From: Prasinococcaceae sp. CCMP 1430
Lineage: Eukaryota > Plantae > Prasinodermophyta
Direction of reading: 5' to 3'
NCBI GenBank assembly: GCA_013416795.1
Contig: RQSC01000029.1
Span: 353,248 to 417,247, forward strand
Length of the DNA stretch: 64,000 nt
Notes under the pieces: generated by a model
Database searches by the model: none
The model's input: only the letters and a program-made list of their open reading frames with translations
What the model was told of the DNA's origin: nothing
Position numbers and translations under genes: made by a program
Part shown: piece by piece, positions 21,754 through 31,908 of the stretch
How the letters are laid out: each line of letters opens with the position of its first letter
Position numbering within the stretch: position 1 is the first letter of the stretch

Positions 21754-24072
21754 ATGCCGCCGACGGCGGCTTGGGGAGCAGCACGCTCATCGCGCCGGGG
21801 GGGAGGTGTTGGCGCTGGCCGGGCCGAGGAGCGATGGGCGGCCGCGCGCGCGGCCGGGGCGGCCGTCAGCGGCGATGATATCGCAGCGGCGCTGGCGGAC
21901 GCGGCGGACGCGGCATGCGCGGGGTTCGGAATGCCCAGGGTGGCGCTGTGTCTGGCGGGGGGCGCGCGCACGCTGCCCCGCGCGCTGGTGCGCTCCACTC
22001 TGCAGCAGCACGTCGCGGGCGCGTTCGGTGGCGACGTCACGACCTTCGCGTACATCAAGCTCGCCGACGCGCGCGGCGACGCGCGGACGCAGTATGGCGC
22101 GACGGTCGCGTGCAGCGAGGCCGACGCGCGCGAGGCGCTTGCGCCGCTAGCACCCAGCGAGCTGCGATTGGAGCGCACTGACGCCCCCGAGCCGCTGCCA
22201 CGCTGTGAAGGCTACACTCAGTATACCGCAGTGCTGGGGGGGCTCTCCGAGCAGGACGCGTATACGCACAGCCGACAGCAGCACAATGCGTCAACACCCG
22301 CGCACTTCCTCACTCCCGCGTACCAGCAGTCGTTCCTCGGTCAGCTCAGAGGCAACTCGCTGTGCATGCGCATGGTGAAGGCGCACGAGGCGGCCCGCAA
22401 CATCACATTCGATTGGGTGATAAAGGCCCGCCCTGACCTTGCGGTTGTGCGACCGCTCAAAGCGCACTGCCTCTGGGATCCCACGCGCGTGCATCATCGC
22501 AACGATTACATTTACATCTCGCCCCGGCACCTCGCAGATCCTCTCCTCGAGGAGCCGTTCGTCGCGCACTACAGCTGCAATGCCGACTACGACGCGTCGG
22601 CGGGCAGGCCCGGCAAGCCGGGCGTGCTGGCGCTCGAGCAGTGGCTCTTCCGGCGAGTGGCTGCAAACGGCATCAGCATGAAGGAGGCTGGTCAGATCCT
22701 CGCGGCGGCACCACTCAGGCCTACGGGGCCTGGCTACCCAGACGTGCTTTGCAACTTTATCAACAGAGGCTCGTACGGAGGGGCCATCTCACTCTTCGTC
22801 AACGACGACGGGAACAGTGTACCTCACCGCCCCGACCTGATAGGGGGCGACGTGGGCGCCACGACCGCCGCCAGTGCGAACACGACGAGTGATTTCTGCA
22901 GGGCAGTTTTGAACAACAATCCATCGAACGCGCTTCCGCCAGCGGGCGCGGACGCGCCGTCAGCGCCAGACGCGGTCTGCCGCTCTTTCGGCCGCCCGAA
23001 GGTTGCCGTCTGCCTCGCGGGTGGCGCTCGCACCCTTCCGACCCGCCTGCTGACATCAACAATTCGCGGGCATGTGCTCGCGGCCTTTGGCGGCGACGCG
23101 CACCTGTTCGCGTACCTCAAGCTGCAAGATCGGCGTGGCGATGATCGAGAAGGCGTGAACGGACTCGTGCATGCCGCTGAGGAGCCCGTACGCTTGGCGT
23201 TGAGAGACCTCGGGGACATCGCACGCGTGGCTTCGGACGACATCGTACTCGAGATGGGCGACGTCGCAGCGGGCGTCCCAAACTGCTCCAACTACACGTC
23301 CTATGGCCCAGAGGCTGTCGCCGCCGCTGTCGCACGGAACAACGCCCACACCAGCGCTGACAGACACGCCGCGCCCCCTGAAGGAGTCGGGGGTAGACTG
23401 AAATCGGCTGCGTACCTGGACAGCTTCCTCGGGCAGCTCGAAAACAATCGCGCGTGCATGCAGCTCATCGAGGCGCACGAACGCAAGAACGCCATGCGAT
23501 TCGACTGGGTGGTGAAACTCAGGCCGGACTTCGTCGCCACGCAGCCCCTCAAGCCGCATTGCTTCTGGGACCCCACGCGAGTCCACACGAAAAATGATTG
23601 GCTCTACTTGGCCCCACGTGCACTGGCTCCCAAGCTACTGAGCGAGCCCTACCGCCTCTACCACAGCTGCCATCGCGACTACGACTCTACTCGCGGCAAG
23701 GACGGGCCGATGGAACATTGGCTCATGGAAACGCTCGACGCGCTGGAGGTGCCTCGACGCGAGGCCGGGCGCGAGGTGCCTGGCGCCCCTGTACGTCCCG
23801 TCGGGCCTGGCCACCCAGATCTGTTGTGCCAAAACATCGAGCGCGCGAGCTTCGGCGGTGCCATCGAGCTCACAGATGGAGCTCGGGCAGGGACTGAGCC
23901 TCATCGACCTGACCTCCTGGACGCGTCGCGTACCAGCGTGCTGTCAGCTCGGGATGGAGGGGACCAGCGGGTGGGCGAGGGAGTGGGTGGGCTGTGCCGC
24001 GCACTCACCAACCACAATCCCGCAAATGCACCGCAGCGCCGCCGAGCGTATGCCAAACCATCGCCGCGCTGA
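21754..24072 (+). CDS. Protein with two tandem copies of a putative glycosyltransferase-like domain; 5' end uncertain
   Basis: Both halves read P[RK]VA[LV]CLAGGARTLP...AFGGD...FAY[IL]KL.D.RGD...SFLGQL..N..CM....AHE......FDWV[IV]K.RPD...PLK.HC.WDP.RVH..ND... Confidence 0.8.
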   Translation: MPPTAAWGAARSSRRGGGVGAGRAEERWAAARAAGAAVSGDDIAAALADAADAACAGFGMPRVALCLAGGARTLPRALVRSTLQQHVAGAFGGDVTTFAYIKLADARGDARTQYGATVACSEADAREALAPLAPSELRLERTDAPEPLPRCEGYTQYTAVLGGLSEQDAYTHSRQQHNASTPAHFLTPAYQQSFLGQLRGNSLCMRMVKAHEAARNITFDWVIKARPDLAVVRPLKAHCLWDPTRVHHRNDYIYISPRHLADPLLEEPFVAHYSCNADYDASAGRPGKPGVLALEQWLFRRVAANGISMKEAGQILAAAPLRPTGPGYPDVLCNFINRGSYGGAISLFVNDDGNSVPHRPDLIGGDVGATTAASANTTSDFCRAVLNNNPSNALPPAGADAPSAPDAVCRSFGRPKVAVCLAGGARTLPTRLLTSTIRGHVLAAFGGDAHLFAYLKLQDRRGDDREGVNGLVHAAEEPVRLALRDLGDIARVASDDIVLEMGDVAAGVPNCSNYTSYGPEAVAAAVARNNAHTSADRHAAPPEGVGGRLKSAAYLDSFLGQLENNRACMQLIEAHERKNAMRFDWVVKLRPDFVATQPLKPHCFWDPTRVHTKNDWLYLAPRALAPKLLSEPYRLYHSCHRDYDSTRGKDGPMEHWLMETLDALEVPRREAGREVPGAPVRPVGPGHPDLLCQNIERASFGGAIELTDGARAGTEPHRPDLLDASRTSVLSARDGGDQRVGEGVGGLCRALTNHNPANAPQRRRAYAKPSPR

Positions 24073-24140
24073 CGAGCACGCACGAGATATGTAATTTTTG
24101 TAACATTATTATGCGCAAGTACCAGCGTCGCAATGCCGCA

Positions 24141-26555
24141 TTAGTCAGTGGGAGCACCATCGCCATTGCGCGCGCCGCCGTCTTCACTGTCCGCCTGGCC
24201 CGCATTACCACTGTCCAGATTGTCGCCGGAGCTCTGATTGTCGACTGCGACACTATCAACGGAGGAGCTCGGGCCTTCGCCTGCGACACTGTCGATGGAG
24301 CTCGAATCCTCAACGGCGAGAGAGTCGCGGGGGGTTGCACCCTCGACGTCGGCAGGCACAGCAGCTGCAACTTCTTCAGGAGGGCGCTCACGCAAGGCCG
24401 CGAAAGCCTTGCCGACGACAGCCGAGAGCGAATCCGATAGCGGCTTCTTCAGCAGCTCCATCACCTTGACGGGCTGCCACTCAAATTCGAAGCTCGTCTT
24501 GGAGGGTCCAGTAGAAGGAGTGAGCGCAATTGGAGGTGCTTCGGTGGCGGAGCTGTCGGAGATTGCTTTGCGCCGTCGACGTTCAAGAGTCCTCGAAACG
24601 CCGACTGTCGTCACCACGAACAATCCGAGCATCCTCACCACCTTGCCCCACACAGGCGATTTTGGCAGAACTAGCTGCCCACGGGCGTACAGCAACGCCT
24701 TGTCCTTGCCGCGTCGCCATCGTTCGCGTGCGCGTGAGCGCCGCGCGGCGCCCTCGCCGTGCTTGCTGGGTGCGAGCGAGGCCGCCTTGCGCAGCGCCTT
24801 AGCCACGAGCGTCTCCTTCGCCTCGAGCTTCGCGCGTCGTGCCTCTTTCCGCTCCTCAGACTTCTGCTTCTTCATGAGGCGTTTGCCTTCCCGCCGCCAC
24901 CACTTGGACCCTGCAGGGTTCGCGAGCTTCTCCTCCAGCGCGCGCAGCTCTGTGGACACGCGCAGTAGCCGCAGCCGAAATGCGTGTAGCTCGCGGCTCT
25001 GTGACCGTGAAAGGCGGCGCACGTCCGAGAGTTGCAGCCGCACCAAACGTCGCACTTCCGCTTCGAGCGGGAGGATGTAGAGCCCCCACAAGCTGGGCTG
25101 CTGCTGCCCCTTATTATGTTCGTGCTGCTGCTGCCCTGCCGCTCGTTGCACCTGCTCTGCCCCGCCGAGGACCCCGTGCGGGGCGTGCCCACCTGTGGCG
25201 CCCTCGGCGAAGTGAGCTTGGGCACTGCTGTGGCGTTCTCCACCGCCGCCGGCCAGCGCTTCTCCGAACGGGGTCGATTGCGTGGACAGGCTCGTCCCGT
25301 GTGCGTCCGTGCCAGCCCTCGGCACGGGCACGTGCCCGCCCCCTCCTCCATTAGCAGTGGAGAATGCGTCGCGCTCCCTGTACGCATACTCGGCGAAGGT
25401 CACGAAGCGCGGGCCTGCTGCATGGGCGTCTTGGCCGCTTGCGCGGTGGTCGAGACCTGCGACGGTCGACTGCATCACCTCACCGATTGCGCGCTGCTCT
25501 GCCATGATTACGCGCATTGGATAGCGCTGGACTGGCCACGCAGCAGCAGCGTCCGTCACCGCCGCGGCCGGCGCAACAGATTCCGCGGGAACAGGCAGCG
25601 GGGGCTCGCCCGCATCGGCGACGAAGATCCTGTCTATTTGCCCGGCGGCCAAGCTCGCCGAAGAAGGATTTCTCATGTAGCCAATCTGGCGCGGGAGCGC
25701 TTGCCGCGGCATGCGGACCGCCTTATGCTGCAGGTTCTTGGCTTCCCAGCGCCGCAGGAAGAGGCCGCTCGCCGCTTCCTCGACCACGCCGTCGATGACC
25801 TCGTCGATAATGCCCGCAATGACGCCGCTGCCGCTATCCTTGGGACCGTCCTGCGCGCCCTCGTCATCGCTCTCGTTGATCCGACCAGTCGTGGTGGTGG
25901 GAAGGGTGTGTCTCCGCGCTCGCCAGGCGTTCTTCCCGGGCGTGCCAACGGGGGTCGACCCATTGGTCGCGAGGCCATGCGGAGCGAAACCGGGGGTGCC
26001 GGACGCGCGGCCAGCCCTCTCGCGCTCGGCTCGCGCGCGCGCCAGGGCGTAGAGCGCTGCTGTGGCGAATCGATCCTCAGGAGAGTAAGCCTCGAGCTCG
26101 CGGCCCTTGCGGATGAAGGCCGCGCGGATGCGTTTGAGGCCGGCCTCCATGGAGAACTGGAACGTGTCCTCCACGCGAATGTCCTCACACTTCGTCGCGT
26201 CGCGGAACTCTTGCATCCAGTAAAACAGACAGCACAGGTGAAAGCTCAACTCCAGCACAAAAATCTCCTCCTTGTCGCTGCGGTCGGCACGAAACGACTG
26301 CGGGTCGCACAGCATGGGCTCGACGAGGCGCAGCAGCTCGTTGAGGGTGTCTCGCAGCGGGCCGGTGGTGCGCAGGCGAGCCTCGGTGAGCCTACCCTGC
26401 CTCGCGCGCCTCTCGCGCGCTCGCTCGCGCCCCTTCTCGGCGAAGCTACCGTGTGCGACGCGCACGATTCCCCCGGCGGACAGCGCGAGCACCAGCCCCG
26501 TCGCCGTGCCGTAGGCGGTCTTCTTGAGGTTGTCGAAGACGTTCACCGAGCTCAT
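24141..26555 (-). CDS. Hypothetical membrane-anchored protein (~800 aa)
   Basis: Long ORF with two hydrophobic segments (GLVLALSAGGIV, MLGLFVVTTVGV), a coiled-coil/basic region and an acidic C-terminal repeat. No family recognised. Confidence 0.65.
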   Translation of the reverse strand: MSSVNVFDNLKKTAYGTATGLVLALSAGGIVRVAHGSFAEKGRERARERRARQGRLTEARLRTTGPLRDTLNELLRLVEPMLCDPQSFRADRSDKEEIFVLELSFHLCCLFYWMQEFRDATKCEDIRVEDTFQFSMEAGLKRIRAAFIRKGRELEAYSPEDRFATAALYALARARAERERAGRASGTPGFAPHGLATNGSTPVGTPGKNAWRARRHTLPTTTTGRINESDDEGAQDGPKDSGSGVIAGIIDEVIDGVVEEAASGLFLRRWEAKNLQHKAVRMPRQALPRQIGYMRNPSSASLAAGQIDRIFVADAGEPPLPVPAESVAPAAAVTDAAAAWPVQRYPMRVIMAEQRAIGEVMQSTVAGLDHRASGQDAHAAGPRFVTFAEYAYRERDAFSTANGGGGGHVPVPRAGTDAHGTSLSTQSTPFGEALAGGGGERHSSAQAHFAEGATGGHAPHGVLGGAEQVQRAAGQQQHEHNKGQQQPSLWGLYILPLEAEVRRLVRLQLSDVRRLSRSQSRELHAFRLRLLRVSTELRALEEKLANPAGSKWWRREGKRLMKKQKSEERKEARRAKLEAKETLVAKALRKAASLAPSKHGEGAARRSRARERWRRGKDKALLYARGQLVLPKSPVWGKVVRMLGLFVVTTVGVSRTLERRRRKAISDSSATEAPPIALTPSTGPSKTSFEFEWQPVKVMELLKKPLSDSLSAVVGKAFAALRERPPEEVAAAVPADVEGATPRDSLAVEDSSSIDSVAGEGPSSSVDSVAVDNQSSGDNLDSGNAGQADSEDGGARNGDGAPTD

Positions 26556-26713
26556 GACGCGCTCCTTCACGCCCTGAAGCGGTTTTGGCAGCGCCGCGAG
26601 GCGCGCGCCCAAGCCGCGCGCCTTGCCTTCGCCCTCGCCCTCGCCGCCCTCGCCCCCCCGCCTCCCCCTCGCACTGTGGATTGCATCGCGCGCCGCGCCG
26701 CGTTTACGAGCAG

Positions 26714-27167
26714 GCGGGCTACGCGGGCGGCCTCTCCGAGACCAGCGCGACTCCGAGCGCGGCCGCGCACGCGGCTGCCGAGTTCGCCATGGGCGAGATC
26801 GCCAAGGCTTCCAACTCGCTCGTAAAGCCCACCCTCGCCGCGGACGAGGGGAACGGTGGAGTGGTCAGTTGCAAGACGCAGATCGTCGCTGGCACGATGT
26901 ACCACTGCACAATCAAGACCAGTGAGGTCCGTCCCGCTGGCATCGCGCGAAGTCCAGCTCGACGCGTTGCGCGCCGCGCGCGCGCGCTTCGACCGCGAGC
27001 TTTCCGAGCTGCCTCCCACATCAATGTGCATGGTCAGCGCTGACAGGACAGGCCGTCCATCTCCACGCGCGCTCGGACAGGCTGACTACTACGACGTCAA
27101 GGTGTGGGCCAAACTCGATGGCACCTACGAGCTCACCAACTACGCGCAGAAGGCCGCCGGCCAGTAG
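26714..27167 (+). CDS. Cystatin (cysteine protease inhibitor), at least 2 exons; start not located
   Basis: N-terminal AGG, AAEFAM helix, QIVAG (QxVxG) and a later exon YYDVKVWAKL. Intron donor GTCCGT at about 26927, acceptor GACAG at about 27080. Confidence 0.8.
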
Positions 27168-27356
27168 GTGCGCCAGGTGCCGCGCACGGCCGGGGAGTGG
27201 ACGGCGCGCGCAGGCGTGAGCGCGAGCGCGCAGCTCTCGTGAGGACGGACCATTGTATAGAAGCACAAGTAAAGTACACAGTGACATAGTACAGGACGCG
27301 AGCGCCCCCGCTCCTCCCAGCGCTCGGCGTCGCGGCTCAGCAACCGTGGCCGCGGC

Positions 27357-28500
27357 TCACGGGCCGTGCTCTTCTTCCGCGAGCGCGGCGAGCGAGATGA
27401 CGAGCATGCCGAACATCATCGCGGCAAACTTGCCGACGCGCATGCCGCGGCTGTCATGGCCGTGCACGTGCGTGCCCGCCACCCTGCGAGTCTCGAGCTC
27501 GTCGCCGACCACCTCGGCCATGCCCACGTAAAGGAAGGTGCCCGCCGCCAGGCAGTTGAGCACCATGTTCGCCCACGAGTCGCCCGATCCGACGATCGCG
27601 CCCACGAGGATGCCCATGGGCGTCATCAGCGCGAACACGCAGATCAGAATTGCGAGCTGCCTCATGGACGCGCCGTCGCGCAGCACGCGCGTGCCGACGG
27701 CGATGGCGGCCGCGCTCTTGTGGGCGCAGATCGCGACGAGCATCGAGCGCACGCCCGCAAGATCCTCAGCCAGGCCCAGCGCGACGCCCGCGAGCACCGA
27801 GTGGATCGAGATGGCCAGCAGCAGCAGCATCGACCCGCGCATCTGCCCCCATCCGACGCCTTCCCGCGCTGCGACGACCTCAGCGACGCCCGAGTCTTTG
27901 TGCTCGTCCACCTCGTCCAAGTGATCGTGCGCGTCGCTGTGCGAATGAAAGTGTCCCGCAAAGGCGGTGCGGAGCTCGACCTCCTCCGCGGGCGACGCGC
28001 CTGGCTGCCCCCCGTGGTCGCAGTCCTGCGAGGTCGCATGGCCGTGCGTGTGGAACATCACCCTCTCCACGAAGAGCACCAGGTAGAATCCGAGTCCCAC
28101 GATGGCGTACGGCAACGGGAAATTGCCGTAGTCGAGTCCCTCCGCGCCCTCGAGCGCCTCCGGGAGAAGATGCAGAAGGCACGTCGCCACGAACACGCCG
28201 CCGGAGAAGCAATTCATGACCGACATGTAGGCGTCATAGCGAGCGAACGAGCTGCGCAACACCGCCGGAACGCAACCACCCAGCAACCCGAGCACGAAGA
28301 TGATAAACACCGACGCGTACTTCAGGCCGGTGCCGTCGGCATGCTCCTCGTCGCCATCACCGTACGGCGCCGCTCTCGCGGCGGCGCCCTCGTCGGCCAC
28401 GCCCTCACTGACGAGCACCGCTCGCCGCGCCACGAGGGCGAGGACCTCTCGCCCGCGCCGCGCCTCTTGCTGCCCGTCGAGGACGGCGACGCGAGGCTCG
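27357..28500 (-). CDS. ZIP-family Zn/Fe transporter; no in-frame ATG before TM1
   Basis: Motifs LKYASVFIIFVLGLLGG, NCFSGGVFVATCLLHLLPEA, His-rich loop, SIHSVLAGVALG, AICAHKSAAAIAVG and LAAGTFLYVG. Confidence 0.93.
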
Positions 28501-28761
28501 CCGTTCGCGCCGCGCCCCGGCGCCGCCCGGACGCGCTCTCGCTCAGCCCCCCTCGGCGAGCTTCGCGCACGGAAATTAGACTCTCCCGTGGGTATATATA
28601 TTGAACGAATAAAATCATTAAAATCGCGGATGCAGATGCAGATGCGATCCGCCGCCGCCTGCGTGGCGATCGGCGTGGCGCGCACGCACGTGAGGCCGCC
28701 GGGCTCGTGAGGGCGACCCCCGCCTCACGCGGCGCTGCGTTGCAGCGCTGCGGCTCGCTTG

Positions 28762-30466
28762 CTACCGGCTGGCGCCGCCGCCGAGGGACACGAAGGCGCC
28801 CATGCGCTCCACCATGACCGGAGGCCACCGGCGGATCCGCGTCAGCCAGTCCGGGTCCCTGTACGCTGCGCAACCGTCGAAGACGGGGCCGTCGGGCCCG
28901 TAGAGCTGCCCGGTGTTAATCCGGGTGCATGCCCATTCCCACACCTCCTCTGCGCGCTCCAGCTCCCCTTGGTCGTAGTACATCGCCGCGAGTGCCGCAC
29001 GCATGTCGACGCTGCCGGGCGCTTTCCTCGCAACGCCCTCCATTCGGCGCAACGCATCGTCCCTGCCCAGCTGCGCGGCGACGAGCGCAGCGTTCGAGTC
29101 GGCATAGATCAGCCCGGCGACGTTGCGCGCGGCCTGGAAGAGCCGGCTGCTCTCGTCGAAGTCCGCGAGTGCCTCGTCGTACTGCGCGAGCGCCACGCGG
29201 CAGTTGCCGCGGGCGTTGTAGAGATACGGCGGTGCCGCCCCCGTCGCCTCGGACGCTTCGATTGCTCGCGAGTAGTTCGCCACAGCGTCCTCCCACTGCG
29301 CGAGGCCCTCGTGAGCCAGGGCCTTGTTGCCAATCAGGCCGATCGATACGTACTCGGGCGGGTACAGGTCCTCGGCCCTCCTGAAGTCGCGCAGGGCATC
29401 GTCGAAGCGCTTGAGGTCCACGAGGCACTGTCCGCGCCTCTCGTACCAGACGGCGTCGTCAGGTGAAGTCATGATGGCCTCATCGAGGGCGGCGAGCGCC
29501 TCTGGCAGCTGGCGCGACGCGTAAGCCTCCTTCGCACGCGCGGCAAGCGCCTCCAGCTGGACATCGTCAGCGGCCTTGACCTCCGCCCACAGCGGTGCGC
29601 CAGCCTGCGCACCCGCGCCACCGTCGGCCGCGGCCCGCCCCGCACCGCCGAGCGCGGCAGCCCCAACGCTGACGAGGCCCAGCAGCGCACCGCGCCGCGC
29701 CGTCAGCGCCTCCGCCCCCGCTGCACGATCGTTCCTACAGCCGTCATTCCCCCGGCCACCCACCCGCGCCCGCGTCGCCGCGCTCAACCCCGAAGTGGTG
29801 TTCACCGGCTTCCAGCAGCGCATCGACGCGCGCAATGCCGATGCGCTGATCGCCGAGTTCGCGCCCGACGTGATCCTCGACGGCTGCGACAATTTCGCCA
29901 CCCGGCTGGCGGTCGCAGACGCCGCGCTGCGTCATTGTATCCCGCTCGTCTCCGCCGCCGTCTCCGAATTCGAGGGACAGCTGGGCGTGTTCCGCGGCTG
30001 GGAGCCGGACAAGCCCTGCTACCGCTGCTTCGTCGGCCATGATCCCGAGCGCCCGGGCATCAGCTGCGCCGAACAGGGCGTGCTGGGCGCGCTTACTGGG
30101 GTGATGGGCAGCCTCGCCGCGCTGGAAGTGGTCCGCGCCATCGTGCCGCTCGGCGAGGAGACCGCGGGTAAGCTGCTGCTGGTTGACGCGCTGGCCTTCC
30201 GCTTCCGCACGCTGACGCTGCCGAAGGACCCGGGCTGTCCCGCTTGTGGTGATCTGGAGAGGCCGGAGTGATCGGTCCGCTCCCCGAGGTGACGTTCTAC
30301 GGATTGGCGACAGCCTATTTCGTCCTGTGCACGATCACCCCTGGCCGCGCCGACCTCACCGGCGCGGGTCGGCGCCCCCCTCGCCCTCGCCCGCGCCGTG
30401 CGGGCAGCCCGCCGCGTCCTCGCGCGCACACGCGGCGCACGCACCCGCTTGCCGGGCGGCACGCAT
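28762..30466 (-). CDS. Thylakoid-lumen-type TPR protein of cyanobacterial origin; predicted intron about 29721-30359
   Basis: Twin-arginine signal ARRGALLGLVSVGAAALGGAGRAAA, several TPRs, and conserved tail DMRAALAA..W.C...Y.DPDWL..IRRWPP. Donor G|GTGAG at 30359; acceptors TGCAG (29721) or TGTAG (29735). Confidence 0.82.
29768..30271 (+). pseudogene. moeB: Bacterial MoeB/ThiF adenylyltransferase, C-terminal half only
   Basis: Motifs ALNPEV, DGCDNFATR, PLVSAAV..FEGQL, PCYRC, SCAEQGVLG and PKDPGCPAC. The N-terminal GxGGxG and SNLxRQ motifs are absent. No introns. Confidence 0.9.
30268..30343 (+). pseudogene. 5' fragment of a second bacterial gene coupled to moeB (LysE/RhtB-like N-terminus?)
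   Basis: The GTG start overlaps the moeB stop (GTGA). It reads MIGPLPEVTFYGLATAYFVLCTITPG; the hydrophobic helix ending in TPG resembles LysE translocators. Confidence 0.5.
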
Positions 30467-30956
30467 GAAACGTCGCATGAACACACACGCGCATACTTTG
30501 GACCCAATTTTCACCATCAGCATGCCGGTCGGTGGCTCTTCTGAGGCCGCCAGCCAGCGGAGCGGCGTCGCGCGCGGCGCCGGCGCCTCGGATCCGATTC
30601 GGGGGTTTGCGCGAACCCTAGCGACGCGAGCGAGGCTCTAGAGCTAGACGAGCGAGCGAGCGAGCGATGGAGCGAGGGGTTTATTTTATTTTTATTTTGT
30701 AGTGGACAGTGTACCATACCAGGTACTGTATCTCTTTCTTTGAAGTGGGTTCCATACGAGCTTCGACCGACGGTCGATGGTGGGATCCACACGGGGAATG
30801 CGCTGGGTCAAACCTCCGTTTCGCGGCGCTCGTCGCGGGCGGAGCCTGATTTTGATGGGAGGGGGAGCGGGCCGGCGTCGCGCCCGGCATGCTGCCTGCC
30901 TGTGCCGGGCGTGGTCGCTCGCTGGCTGAGCCGCTTCGGGTCGGCCCACGGATGCC

Positions 30957-31868
30957 ATGCGGGTGGCGCGCGTGGCGCGCGGTGACGCGCTTCTCGCCGA
31001 CTGCGGGGAGGAAGCTCTCGCGGACGTCGACGCCGTGCTCGTGTGCGTCGGCGCAGGCCGGCGTGAGATGCAGGCCGCGTGGCCCGCGCTGAGCGCCTCG
31101 GGGCGGCTGCGCTGGGTGCACAGCACCTTCGCCGGGCTCGACCACTTCCTATTCCCCGAGCTGGCCGCTGCGCCGGGCGTGGCCTTCACAAACGCGCGCG
31201 GCGTCTTCTCGCACTCGCTCGCCGAGTTCGTCATTTTCGCGTGCAAGTACTTTGCGCTCGACTTCCCGCGCGCGATGGCGGCGCAGGGGCGGCGCGAGTG
31301 GGCCCCCTATACAGTTGAGGAGCTGCGCGGGCAAACCTTAGGAGTTGTGGGAATGGGAAGTATCGGAGCCCAGACTGCGCGCCTGGCGTCGGCCTTCGGC
31401 ATGCGCGTGGTGGGGCTGAGGCGCAGCGGCGCCCCCGCCGAGGGCGTGGCGCGCATGTACGGCGCGGACGAGCTGCCAGCGCTCATGGCGGAGAGCGACT
31501 ACGTGGTCGCGTGCCTGCCGTACACCGACGCCACCGACGGTTACATAGATGCCAAGGCCATCAGCGCGATGCGATCAAACGCAGTCTTCGTCAATGTCGG
31601 CAGGGGCAAGACTGTGGACGAGGCCGCGCTGGTGGAGGCGCTCAGGGAGAAACGCATCAGGGGCGCGGCGCTCGACGTTGTCCGCGAGGAGCCGATGCCT
31701 TCCAACAACGAGTTGTGGGAGCTCCCGAACGTCATCATCACGCCACACTGCGCCGACAGCACAGCCGTCATGGCAAAGGAATCGATCGAGCTTTTCGTGG
31801 AGAACGCCGGAAGATTCGTCGAGGGCCGTGAGCTACTCAACACAGTCGACCCTGCAGCTGGGTACTGA
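30957..31868 (+). CDS. D-isomer-specific 2-hydroxyacid dehydrogenase
   Basis: Motifs WVHSTFAGLD, TNARGVFSHSLAEF, LGVVGMGSIG (Rossmann), FVNVGRG, ALDV...EP and ITPHCAD. Confidence 0.93.
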   Translation: MRVARVARGDALLADCGEEALADVDAVLVCVGAGRREMQAAWPALSASGRLRWVHSTFAGLDHFLFPELAAAPGVAFTNARGVFSHSLAEFVIFACKYFALDFPRAMAAQGRREWAPYTVEELRGQTLGVVGMGSIGAQTARLASAFGMRVVGLRRSGAPAEGVARMYGADELPALMAESDYVVACLPYTDATDGYIDAKAISAMRSNAVFVNVGRGKTVDEAALVEALREKRIRGAALDVVREEPMPSNNELWELPNVIITPHCADSTAVMAKESIELFVENAGRFVEGRELLNTVDPAAGY

Positions 31869-31908
31869 TGAAGCGGCGCGCGCGTGGCGCGACGAATGGC
31901 GCGTGTTC

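Noticed and set aside
29576-30271. A functional algal MoeB/CNX5 gene as listed in the ORF track
   Set aside because: The ORF's first 60 aa are the antisense of the TPR exon, there is no ATG, the ATP-binding half is missing, and there is no rhodanese domain as in eukaryotic MOCS3/CNX5.
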